Source: Minisyncoccia bacterium (GTDB lineage Bacteria; Patescibacteriota; Minisyncoccia; Phycocordibacterales; UBA9973). Taken from it: DNA of 33,775 nt. Below are positions 8,957-19,000 of this stretch, in pieces. A program made the position numbers and the translations under genes. Positions within the stretch are counted from its first letter, which is position 1. Each line of letters begins with the position of its first letter. Under the pieces are notes generated by a model, which saw nothing but the letters and a program-made list of their open reading frames with translations, was not told where the DNA came from and ran no database searches. The DNA lies in the NCBI GenBank assembly GCA_044229265.1, contig JBGATK010000001.1, forward strand, positions 1-33,775, written 5' to 3'.

Positions 8957-10555
8957 TTAATTCTTTGGGAATGGTTTGCATACCTTTGCTTTCAAAGCCC
9001 AGAAACCGACTTTGAATTTATGCACTACTGTTGATGAGGGTGGAGCAGAAATAATGTTCACTTTCTGTGGCAAAGCTTCGAGTCTGAAACTCTTGTTAAG
9101 CCATTCTTCTCGTGGAGAAAGTTTAACCATTCCAACAGATCCATTTCCTACACTAGATTCTGTACCTGAAATACCTTCACTTATCTTTGTCAGTGCCCAT
9201 ATAAATGGAAAAAACAAAATATTCAAGAACTTTCCTATTTTGCCCCATAATCTATTCCTATTGATTATATATATCAATGTAATAGAAAACACTATGGTAA
9301 ATATTACCAGTACAACAAAAGAGAATAAAAAAGCAAAGACGCTCATCCAAGAAACATTGAAAATAAGATAAGATATTATAGCTACGCTAGATAGTATGCC
9401 AAATATCCTTTTAAAAATTTTAATGTTTTTTTGGTTATTAAATTTCTTTCTATAAGCCGGATCTCTTTTTAAAGTCGGTAGTAAAGAAATAGAAACAAGG
9501 AAAGATATAATTAAAGCTAAGGCTACTCCTCCTACTAACATTAATAAATGGTCGGCAACAGAGAACTCTTTCCCTTCATTCAGCCAATTGGCTTCAAAGA
9601 CAAAACTAAAATACATAAAAATAAACAAAGAATAAAATAGAAGTCCACCTATTGTTATAGGTGTGTATATTCTCTGTTTACCTATAGCTAATACTTTATA
9701 CGGATAGACATCTTCGGGTCTTTTTTCAATATGTAAATCTCTTTTATCATTTGAATCAAGCTCGTCTCCAAAAAATCTTTCCATCATATATTTTAATTCC
9801 CCATGGGAATAAGAAACAACATAGTCAGAAAAATTCTGTTTTAAATTTGTGAAGAAAGATACGGATTGATAACCGAAAAAGAAAACTATGAATCTAATGA
9901 TAAAATTTAGCACATGTAATACTAAAAAGATCACCAGTCTAAATAAAAATCCTATGCTCCACAGAATAGGCTGGATCGTGTGTGACACTATCAGTCTTTT
10001 GCGATAATCACACTGATCGATGGGTTCTAGAGAGAACCATTTGTTGTTCCACTTCCACATTTTCTCTTGCCACGCTGTCTTTGGTTTACTAGCAAAGAAT
10101 TCTTCAGGTACATCCACGATCTCCTCAGCATATGCTACCTGATAAGCCAGCGCATCGTTAGACTCAATTGAGCTTAACCATATATCTTCTTTGTATAGAT
10201 ATGAGGTTTTTCCAATGGCTGATTGTCTTAAATTTTTATCCATTTTGGAAACTAGAATAAAAATTAAGTGGTGCCTGCCTGGCTTGTGGAATTGCAAGTA
10301 GTTAATGGGTTGGAGTTCAAAGAGTGTTCTCTCAGAGTTTGAGGTATCATCTCTTCTTTCTTTTCCACCGTCATCAAGATCACGATACATATTATCAGTT
10401 ATATCAATAACCAAAATATGCGTAGGTTTTGTTTTTGTTACAGATTCATCGAATCCTATTTGGAAAGGGACCGTAGCATCCTCGAGGATTAGTTTACCCC
10501 CATTTAAAACAACCTTAACTGAAGATTGTTCCTTTAATAACAGTTTTTCTTTCAT
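8957..10555 (-). CDS. hypothetical multi-pass membrane protein
   Basis: Long ORF: ~190-aa soluble N-terminus, then several hydrophobic segments; no recognised family motif. Confidence 0.8.
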   Translation of the reverse strand: MKEKLLLKEQSSVKVVLNGGKLILEDATVPFQIGFDESVTKTKPTHILVIDITDNMYRDLDDGGKERRDDTSNSERTLFELQPINYLQFHKPGRHHLIFILVSKMDKNLRQSAIGKTSYLYKEDIWLSSIESNDALAYQVAYAEEIVDVPEEFFASKPKTAWQEKMWKWNNKWFSLEPIDQCDYRKRLIVSHTIQPILWSIGFLFRLVIFLVLHVLNFIIRFIVFFFGYQSVSFFTNLKQNFSDYVVSYSHGELKYMMERFFGDELDSNDKRDLHIEKRPEDVYPYKVLAIGKQRIYTPITIGGLLFYSLFIFMYFSFVFEANWLNEGKEFSVADHLLMLVGGVALALIISFLVSISLLPTLKRDPAYRKKFNNQKNIKIFKRIFGILSSVAIISYLIFNVSWMSVFAFLFSFVVLVIFTIVFSITLIYIINRNRLWGKIGKFLNILFFPFIWALTKISEGISGTESSVGNGSVGMVKLSPREEWLNKSFRLEALPQKVNIISAPPSSTVVHKFKVGFWALKAKVCKPFPKN

Positions 10556-10664
10556 TATGAAATTTTTTATTTTTAATTTAAATAATACTTTTTTCTATCT
10601 AACCTTACTACATATTCTTTAAAAGTCAATAGCAACGTAATGATTCCGAATTTTTTGGGGAAAT

Positions 10665-10688
10665 AAAAAAAGAGGGTTTCCCCTCTTT
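10665..10688 (-). terminator. intrinsic terminator
   Basis: Minus strand AAAGAGGG-GAAA-CCCTCTTTTTTT. Confidence 0.8.
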
Positions 10689-10716
10689 ATGTTCAAATTA
10701 ACATCATTACATCTTT

Positions 10717-11010
10717 CTAATTTTCTCGCCAAGCCATGACTCGACCATTCAAATTATTACCCTTTTCGTCTAGCCACTTAAAGCCAGATCTTGAGTTATT
10801 AATCTTTGCTTCGATAACTCTACCCGTTCCCAAAACAACTAAAAACTTTTTGTTTTTATAGCGTCTTGGAAAAGGTAAAAATTTTCCGTTTACAACACCT
10901 TCTGTGCAACCCGGATTCTTTGCGATTAAATTATAAAGATGTTCAAAATCTCCAGCCTGTTTCAATCCTGAAACTTCAACAATTCTATAAACCATAACTT
11001 TATTTTTCAT
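10717..11010 (-). CDS. hypothetical protein (~97 aa)
   Basis: ORF followed by its own terminator; ATG at 11010 preferred over the track's TTG at 11016. Confidence 0.65.
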   Translation of the reverse strand: MKNKVMVYRIVEVSGLKQAGDFEHLYNLIAKNPGCTEGVVNGKFLPFPRRYKNKKFLVVLGTGRVIEAKINNSRSGFKWLDEKGNNLNGRVMAWREN

Positions 11011-11097
11011 TTTCAAAATTTAAAAAATATTTAAAAATTATTTAAAAACCTTTATTCCAAAAAAGATTCTACAATAAAAACGTGAGAAAGTCCAGTA

Positions 11098-11775
11098 TTA
11101 GCTATTCATGGTGTCGCTGACTATTTTACCATCAGCCATGGTAATAGTTCTGTGTGCGAGCTTGGCATATTCTTCTTCGTGAGTCACCATAAGTATAGTC
11201 TGCCCTTCTTTATTTAATTTAAGAAATGCTTGTATAACATTGTTTGAAGTTTCTGAGTCTAAGTTTGCAGTAGGCTCATCAGCAAAAATTATTTTCGGAT
11301 CATGTGCTATCGCCCTTGCTATAGAAACACGTTGTTGCTGACCTCCAGAGAGTGCTGCAGGCAAATTATTCATACGATCAAGCAAATCCACTTTCTCTAG
11401 AGCTTTTTTCGCTTTTTCTGTCGCTTCTTTTGTAGAATAACCTTGCATGATAAGAGGAACCATTGTGTTTTCAAGAGCAGTAAGTGAAGGCAGTATAGCG
11501 TAATCTTGAAAAATATATCCGAGATCATTGAGGCGCAGTGTAGTGCGAAGTGATTCTTTTATGCTTACGCACTCAGTACCATCAATAAAAACTTCACCAG
11601 AGGTTGGTAGATCAAGAAGTCCTAATTGATAAAGCAAAGTGGATTTTCCACTTCCTGACTTACCAGTTATAGTTAGGAATTGTCCTTGTGGAACAGAAAA
11701 AGAAAGATTATTTAAAGCGTAAATCTTACTATCGCCACTTTGGAATATTTTAGTTAAATTTTTTACTTCTATCAT
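11098..11775 (-). CDS. ABC transporter ATP-binding protein, LolD/MacB-type
   Basis: Walker A GKSGSGKST, signature LSGGQQQRV, Walker B IIFADEPTANLD, VTH switch. Confidence 0.96.
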   Translation of the reverse strand: MIEVKNLTKIFQSGDSKIYALNNLSFSVPQGQFLTITGKSGSGKSTLLYQLGLLDLPTSGEVFIDGTECVSIKESLRTTLRLNDLGYIFQDYAILPSLTALENTMVPLIMQGYSTKEATEKAKKALEKVDLLDRMNNLPAALSGGQQQRVSIARAIAHDPKIIFADEPTANLDSETSNNVIQAFLKLNKEGQTILMVTHEEEYAKLAHRTITMADGKIVSDTMNS

Positions 11776-11780
11776 AAATT

Positions 11781-13067
11781 TTATCTTCCTAAGATTGCTG
11801 ATAATGTATTTTGTTTTACGACTATTCTAGCTGGAATATAACCTGCAATAATTGTGGTAAATAACAAAATGCCAGCACGAATCATAGTTCCACTTAAAGT
11901 TGCAACTAAAATACCGTCAGAAAATGGGAAATCGATAGGGTTTTCAGCAAAATAAGGCTTGATAAAACCAAAAAGTAAAATCATACCTATGATTACGCCA
12001 AAAGTTGCGTAAAGTAAAGCTTGATACATATAAGAATACAAAATTGCTTTTTTGTTTATACCTATACCTTTTAAAATACCAATATACCTCCTGCGAGTAA
12101 TAGCATTTACGAAGATCACAATAAAAATTGTAATCGAAGCAACCACAAGACCAATACCAGAAATAGCTGAACCTAAAATTCCAAAAGTAGCTTTTATATC
12201 TTTTAAGAATTTTGGAAAAGCCTCTTCAGCTGTCTGCACCCGGGCATATTGCTCTACCCCGCTATCTATTAAAAATTGTTTAGTAATATTAGGATCAGTG
12301 CCAGGCAGAATTTGTATGGCAATAGAACCAGCATTTAAATTAGTTTGGTTTGATAATTTACGAGCTTCACTGGCGAGCATAACAATAGAAAAATCAAAAG
12401 TATCAACTTTAGAACTTAAAATTCCCTTCACAAAATACTCTTTTTGCACATTGCCAGAAGTAAGCCTAACCCTAGAACCTACATTTGTATTTTTCAAACT
12501 TTCAAAACCCGGAGCGTCTATCGGAGTAAATTCATATAAAAAATTCTTACCAATTAAAATACTATCAGCATCATTTTTGTCTAAATATTCTCCGCGTAAA
12601 ACGAATTTTGAAACTCCGGAAAATTTATCTTCTTTTTCAGGATCAATACCTAAAATTGGAGCCCCAGCACCACCTTTTTTCTCACCAGGTTTTACTGTAT
12701 CGCGATAAGTATCTTCGACACGAACCGAGCCACCATACCTAACAGTATGATTTTTATAACCCGGAATAGTTTTAACTATTTTTTCTACTTCTGGAGTTTC
12801 TAAAATTTCACTACGAGTTAAAAAAGGAGAAATAATTACGTCACCAATAGCGTATTTTTTCTGAGCATCTTCAGAGCCTTGAATAAGACCAATTAAAATA
12901 CCAGAAACTACAACTAGGTTAAGAAAAGTAAGAGTCATCACCGCTACGATAAGTGCTGTAGTCCAAATATTTGCCCTTTGCAATTCTCTACGCGCCAAAA
13001 ACCAGCCCACTATGACATTTTGTTTAAAAGAATCTTCAATTTTTAGCCTATCTTTAGAAGCGGACAT
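11781..13067 (-). CDS. ABC transporter permease, MacB/FtsX (type VII) family
   Basis: N-terminal TM, large extracytoplasmic domain, RRRYIGILKGIG coupling motif, three C-terminal TMs, YIPAR; ATG at 13067 preferred. Confidence 0.92.
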   Translation of the reverse strand: MSASKDRLKIEDSFKQNVIVGWFLARRELQRANIWTTALIVAVMTLTFLNLVVVSGILIGLIQGSEDAQKKYAIGDVIISPFLTRSEILETPEVEKIVKTIPGYKNHTVRYGGSVRVEDTYRDTVKPGEKKGGAGAPILGIDPEKEDKFSGVSKFVLRGEYLDKNDADSILIGKNFLYEFTPIDAPGFESLKNTNVGSRVRLTSGNVQKEYFVKGILSSKVDTFDFSIVMLASEARKLSNQTNLNAGSIAIQILPGTDPNITKQFLIDSGVEQYARVQTAEEAFPKFLKDIKATFGILGSAISGIGLVVASITIFIVIFVNAITRRRYIGILKGIGINKKAILYSYMYQALLYATFGVIIGMILLFGFIKPYFAENPIDFPFSDGILVATLSGTMIRAGILLFTTIIAGYIPARIVVKQNTLSAILGR

Positions 13068-13076
13068 TATTTTCAA

Positions 13077-14612
13077 TTATTTTTTCGTGATAAGTGCAAT
13101 TTTTTCGGTAGATTCTAAACCAGAAAGAACTTCTACCATATTACCATCACCTTTTACGCCGAGAGAAATTTCTCTTTCTATATATTTTTTTCTTTTCTCA
13201 TTTGTAATTACATGGGTAAAAGTTTTTCCATCACGGTCAAAAGTAGTTACTTCTGGAATTGAAAGAACATTTTCTTTTGCGGAAATCAAAATAGTAATCT
13301 CTGCATTCATTCCAGGGCGAATATTTATATCTTTATCGAGCAAGGCTACTTTAATTTTATAATTTACCACACCATCATTAGCCTCTGAAGAAATATCAAT
13401 ACTACTGACTGTACCAGTAAACTTTTTATCAGGCAAAGCATCCACTGCTACCTCGACATTTTGATTAAGTGTAATATTTGAAATATTATTTTCATTTATA
13501 TCAGCTTCTACGTATAAATTTTCTACATCTTGTAATGTAATTGCACTTTTGCCAGCTTCGATTTGTTCTCCATATTTTACAGAAACTCTAGTGATAGTAC
13601 CGCTAGCTGGGGCTCTAATCACACCATCTTCATATACAGCATTTGCTTTTTGTAAATTCGCTTCAGCTGACAGAACTTCTGCTTTAGCAAGTTCTATTTC
13701 TGAAGGACGAGCTAGAGCTTGTTTTACAGCAAGCTCAGCTTTTCTTTGTTCTACAAGAGAAAGTGCTGATGAGACAGCAGTATCTTTAGTGCGAATAGCA
13801 GAATTATAAGCATTTAAATTTGCAAGATAATCGCTAGCCTTTTTATTTGGTATAGAAATAATCCAATTTACAGAAGATACAGATCCTGACGGGAAAGTAA
13901 TATAAAGACCAGAATTACCAATAGCTTGTGCTACATCAGTAGAAAGAGGGCTAGACGAGGTAATTAAACCAGAAGTAGAAAAATTTGCACCTCCATTTGA
14001 ATTATATACATTTACATTTATGTCCCCTTCTTTGTTAAGAGTGTAAGTTCCAGAAATAGTTGGAGGAGTTATACTAGATCCATTACTCGCATTTACAGCT
14101 TCTAAATTAGAGTTCAGTAAATCCTTATATGCGTTCTCTACTAAAGTATTTTGTTTTAAAACTTCAGAATTATAAGCTGTTTCTGCATTTTTTAAAGCAA
14201 CCTTAGCTAAATCTATTTCCTCATTACTAGCACCTTCTAAAACTTTTTTAAGTTTTGCCTGTGCGCTAGCGAGCCCCGCCTGCGCTGACAACACATCGGC
14301 ATAAAGTGAGCCGGATTCTAGACTTGCGAGCAATTGACCTTGTCTTACTTTGTCACCCACTGCTACTTTTATATAGCGCACTGTGCCTTGCTTACTAAAA
14401 GAAAGATCTAAATCAGTATTGGAAGTAATTTGGCCAGTAGCTTGGACTGTTTTTTTCAGAGTTCCGAGAGTAGGATTAACAATAGCTACATTTTCATTAC
14501 TATTATTACCGAAAACTTTAAAACCAATAAATATTAAAACTAAAACAAGTGGTATAATAACCCGTTTTTTCTTGAAATACGGTTTAATTTGAGAAAATTG
14601 AAATTTTTGCAT
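13077..14612 (-). CDS. HlyD/MacA-family membrane-fusion (adaptor) subunit
   Basis: N-terminal TM, lipoyl half-motifs VAVGDKVRQGQLLASL and IRAPASGTI, coiled coil, IRPGMNA, VEVLSGL; start at 14612 preferred (TATAAT 6 nt upstream). Confidence 0.92.
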   Translation of the reverse strand: MQKFQFSQIKPYFKKKRVIIPLVLVLIFIGFKVFGNNSNENVAIVNPTLGTLKKTVQATGQITSNTDLDLSFSKQGTVRYIKVAVGDKVRQGQLLASLESGSLYADVLSAQAGLASAQAKLKKVLEGASNEEIDLAKVALKNAETAYNSEVLKQNTLVENAYKDLLNSNLEAVNASNGSSITPPTISGTYTLNKEGDINVNVYNSNGGANFSTSGLITSSSPLSTDVAQAIGNSGLYITFPSGSVSSVNWIISIPNKKASDYLANLNAYNSAIRTKDTAVSSALSLVEQRKAELAVKQALARPSEIELAKAEVLSAEANLQKANAVYEDGVIRAPASGTITRVSVKYGEQIEAGKSAITLQDVENLYVEADINENNISNITLNQNVEVAVDALPDKKFTGTVSSIDISSEANDGVVNYKIKVALLDKDINIRPGMNAEITILISAKENVLSIPEVTTFDRDGKTFTHVITNEKRKKYIEREISLGVKGDGNMVEVLSGLESTEKIALITKK

Positions 14613-14645
14613 ATATGCATTATACACGAAATTATATTTTTAGCG

Positions 14646-14683
14646 AATAAAAAAAACCGGAATTTATTCCGGTTTTTTTTATT
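14646..14683. terminator. strong bidirectional-type terminator closing the leader-family gene array
   Basis: Perfect 18-bp inverted repeat aataaaaaaaaccggaat / attccggttttttttatt. Confidence 0.85.
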
Positions 14684-14692
14684 ACTTATTTA

Positions 14693-14845
14693 CTAGAAAC
14701 CACCAAGATCATCCTCTACTATAAATGAATTAACTGAATTTAGATTTTTAATTGCATAAGCCTGAAAAGCTACAAAAAGTGACACGATTATTATAGAGGC
14801 TACACCTAGGCCAGCTAAAACATTTTGTATATTTACCTTTTTCAT
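14693..14845 (-). CDS. 50-aa protein with the cluster-specific leader (not in the ORF track)
   Basis: Manual translation MKKVNIQNVLAGLGVASIIIVSLFVAFQAYAIKNLNSVNSFIVEDDLGGF*; same leader motif and spacing as the six upstream genes; fills the gap between the previous stop and the terminator. Confidence 0.85.
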   Translation of the reverse strand: MKKVNIQNVLAGLGVASIIIVSLFVAFQAYAIKNLNSVNSFIVEDDLGGF

Positions 14846-14851
14846 ATAGAT

Positions 14852-16021
14852 TTAAGGATTTATCGGAGGAGTATAAGGTTCTCCCTCTTCGTAAACCGGA
14901 ATATATCCTTTTTTAGTATTAGTAAAAGTACAAACAATTTCTTCTCCAGGTCCTGGAATAAAATTTAATTTTGTACCTGTACCTTTTATGTCAGGCTTTG
15001 CTCTATATCCTGCTGGAACTTTAATTTTACAAAGATATTTTGCATTAGTTGTAGAATCTGGAGTTTCTGAAATATCATAAGAAAGTATTTTACCTAAATT
15101 ATCTGTTGTGTAGATAGTAAAAGTATATTGTTTAGGATATTGAGATTTTGGATCAAGATCACCTATACCGTCATCATTAAGACGAATTGTTTGAGTATTG
15201 AACACTTTACCATCACTATTTTTACCGGTTATTTCAAAAGGAAAAACTTTCGGAGATTGTCCTGGAACATAATCTTTTATTATGGTTAATTTCGCAGTAT
15301 TACCTACTGGAGCTGTGATCAAAGTATTAGTAAATTCACATAAAACACTATAAAAAGGTTGAGGATCAAAAGGCCTACCAGTTTCAGGATTATAAAAACC
15401 TTCAGCTCTTTTGTTGTTTATCTCAACATTATTACCATCTCCTTTTATGTATAAAGCTGGATATGGTGGGTTTCCTGAACTTTTATCAAGTTCTGCAAAC
15501 CATTTACCAGTTGCAGGCTCCCAAATACCTCTATGACAAGAATACGAGGTTTTTATATTGCTTAGCTGAGTAATTTCGGTAATGTTAAATGTATCGAAAG
15601 AATCTTCAGTATTTTGCTTCTTTGCATCATCTCTATGCCATTTTACTAAACCCGCTTTATTATCTACAGCGTAAAGTTCACCACCTTTCAAACTAAAATT
15701 AATTACTTTATCTCCTTGAGTTAATTTAAAATCAAAAGCTCCTAAATCATAAGGCGGCACATTTGGATCCACATATTTTTTTACAACACAAACTCTTGTG
15801 CCTACAGGACAAGGGTTTGAAACACCCGCTACACTTTCTTCTGTATCGTATACATTTGAAATTTCATTCTTATCAGAATATAGCGACGAATCACTACCTG
15901 TGCTACCCAAATCGTAATTCGCAAAGTTTGGAATAGCGATCATTAATGCTACTGCAAGTATTGCCATTGTACCAATACCAGCTAAAACATTTTTTACATG
16001 TATTCTCATATTTTCACTCAT
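14852..16021 (-). CDS. exported protein with conserved leader and 2 CnaB/SpaA-like domains
   Basis: Leader KNVLAGIG...NFA; domains VVKKYVDP..ITE..SC..CEFTN and LTIIKDYVP..ISE..LC..CTFTN; Pro-rich tail. Confidence 0.85.
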   Translation of the reverse strand: MSENMRIHVKNVLAGIGTMAILAVALMIAIPNFANYDLGSTGSDSSLYSDKNEISNVYDTEESVAGVSNPCPVGTRVCVVKKYVDPNVPPYDLGAFDFKLTQGDKVINFSLKGGELYAVDNKAGLVKWHRDDAKKQNTEDSFDTFNITEITQLSNIKTSYSCHRGIWEPATGKWFAELDKSSGNPPYPALYIKGDGNNVEINNKRAEGFYNPETGRPFDPQPFYSVLCEFTNTLITAPVGNTAKLTIIKDYVPGQSPKVFPFEITGKNSDGKVFNTQTIRLNDDGIGDLDPKSQYPKQYTFTIYTTDNLGKILSYDISETPDSTTNAKYLCKIKVPAGYRAKPDIKGTGTKLNFIPGPGEEIVCTFTNTKKGYIPVYEEGEPYTPPINP

Positions 16022-16055
16022 ATTTTTTTTAGTTAATAATAATTAAACTTTAAAT

Positions 16056-19000
16056 TTATTGATTTCCTCCACCACCTAAAGTACTTCCTCCTCCAACAAT
16101 CTTTCCAGGATCATTTGGATCACCGTATAGTGGGCAAAGAAGACCATTTGTACAGTTAGTAAAAGTACATTCTACATCATATCCTTTTGGAACCAAGAAA
16201 TTAGGAGTTTCCCTGCTATCAGCAGAAAATGGTTTATAAAGTGGACTTGTAGGTATGTATTTACATGAATAACTACTTACTGGATAAGATGTATTCAAAA
16301 TCTCTTTAATTCTATAAGTTTTTCCTGCTTCTACTGTAATATCTTCTTTGCCTAAGTGAGTAAGTTTTACTATTTTCTTCAAAGAAGAACCTTTAAAGAA
16401 TTGGAAACTAAATAATACTCCGGTAGATGCTGGAACTGTCTTTTTGATTATAGTTACTGTTTGATTAAAGGATTTCTTTACATTAGTTATAGTACAAATT
16501 ACATGATCGCCTTTATTTATTGGAACATTCAATATAGAAGCACTATTAGGAGCACTCTTTACAATAACATTTCCTAATTTACACTCCCAAGATGGAATAT
16601 AATTAATTTCTTGCTCAGTGGTCATTTCTTCTAAGAATGAAAACCGAAGTAATGCTGGATTTACAGTAATAGTATCTTCATTCGGATAAGTAGGATCATT
16701 TTGATTATCGTCTAGAGGTTTTAGATTGTAATTTTCAGTACTGTTTTCTATTTGGAATACTTCTTTATCATCAGTAATATCAGTACCATCGTCTTTCTTT
16801 ACATCTTTTCTAATTGTAATTAAGGTACTAATTATAGTATTCACAAAAGTACAAGTCATAGATTCATTTGTACCTAGAGTTGGTGCAATAAAGCTTGCGC
16901 CAGTTCCACTGGAATTATTACGATCAGTACACTTCCAAGTAGTTTTGTAATTTGATGCTTGTTCTGGAGTCAAATCTTCTGTAAAAGTATATGTTCCACC
17001 AGCTGGTATGGTAATTTCTTTTGTAGAATCATAAGTTTGGTCAGAGTTATCATCTAAGTAAAACTCTCCGATGCCAGTATCATTTAATATTTTGAAAACA
17101 TTAGTATCCTCATCTTTACCTACTACGTCTTTAGCTATAATCAAAGTAGCGACTGCTTTTGTATTCGTAAATGTACAAGTAGCAGTTTGATTATCATCGA
17201 GCTTGATATCGGCATCGTCTGTGCCTTGGCCTTGATCTAAAATATTTCCTGTTTTGTCATCTACACATTTAAAGGAAACAGTGTATCCAGATGGAATAGA
17301 AATTTCAGAGAAAGCATAATTAGTATTTGGAGTAAGTTCAAAAATTTTCTCAGATGGGTCAGGTAAGTTTGCATTATCGTCTAATTTGAATATCTCGCTA
17401 GTATTGTGATTTCTAAAACTAAATACTCCATTATCATCAGTGAGATCTTTTCCATTTGAAGCTACAACATCTTTTTTAATTTTTAAAGCTGATGCAACTT
17501 CTTTATTTGTTAGAGTACACTGAACTCTTTCTCCTGATTTAAGATCTGGAATATTTACTTTAGCCACATTATTAGCTGTAATTGGTTGTCTTGTTGATGG
17601 TGATAAGAAAACACAATAATAACTAGGAATATAAGAATGAAGAGGGTCATTACCAAATTGTTCTATCAAATACTCATTTACTGTTATATCTCCAGGGCGA
17701 ACTTCCCAAGTTTGATTATGGTCATGTAAAATTGGCTTTTCTTCTCCTTTTGTTAAATCTGAAGAAGGACCAACACGCACATGAGCTACATCATCATAAT
17801 CCCATGCATCATCACCTATTAGATCGAATTTTTTGTGTACGAAAACGAGCGCATCTGGTAATTGCTTATTAGTAAATGTACATGTAATACCGTAATTATC
17901 AATATTTAGATTAGTTAATTCTACCTTTAGCCCTTCACCAGCTTTTAATTGAGTGCCATTGTGATCTACACACTCATAAGAAGTCTTGTACTGTAATCCT
18001 TGATCATGAGTTAGATTTTCTGTAATTTTTATACCGTCATTAGTATTAAAATACAATTTCTTTTCAGAATCTGGAGCTTGATTTGGATTACCGTCAAGAT
18101 TAAAAGGATTTATTTGAAGATTAGTTATGAATTCAAAAATATTATTATCATTTTGAATTTCATTGCCATTTTGATCTAAGACAACCTTCTTTACGGTTAC
18201 ATCCAAAAGATGATTTGTAAAAGTACAAATTGCTTTTTGTGATGCTCCCAAAGAAATCCCTATCTTTTTTGCTTCTTTATCATCTTCACTGTATTTATTT
18301 CCAGTTGCATCGTAATAATCGCAATGAATACTTGTTCGGTAAGCACTAGACTGACTATTGGATAGTAATTCTTCTAAATTATATTGAGCAGAAGGTTTAA
18401 TGTAATAAGAAGGATTAGTTTCTTCCCCATTACGCAAGCTAAACTCTGCTAATCTGACTTGATTAACTAAACCGATGCCGAAATTAAAGTGCTCATCATT
18501 GGTATTTGGTGTTGGATCCACTATTTTCTTTACAACAAGCTCTGGGTTCTTTGTGTTAGTAAAAACACAATCTAGGGTTTCTCCAGCATCAAAAGTATAA
18601 TCAAAAACACTTTTATTAGTGATCGTGAAAGATTTTGAAGGAATACTACTTGTGCAAGATATATTAGTAGAATATTTTGGATAAAACTGAGGAGAATCAA
18701 CTCTAGTTCCAGAGTATTCTGAAACATTAAAATGAATTCCGGATATCATTTTTGTAGAATGAGTTTCATTATCTCCTAAGAAAAAATAATCATAACCATT
18801 GGAATGCTCATTGTCATTGTCTGTAAATATATCAAAATCAACTTTATCAGAACTATCAGGTTCGATATTCTTGGTTATATTTAAAGTAGCAGTAGCAAGA
18901 ATATTCGTAAATTCACAAGTCATAGGGTCGTTTTCTTTTAATTCAACACCCAAACCTAAAATATCGTAGGTCTTAGTGCCAAAACCATGAATGTCTCCTT

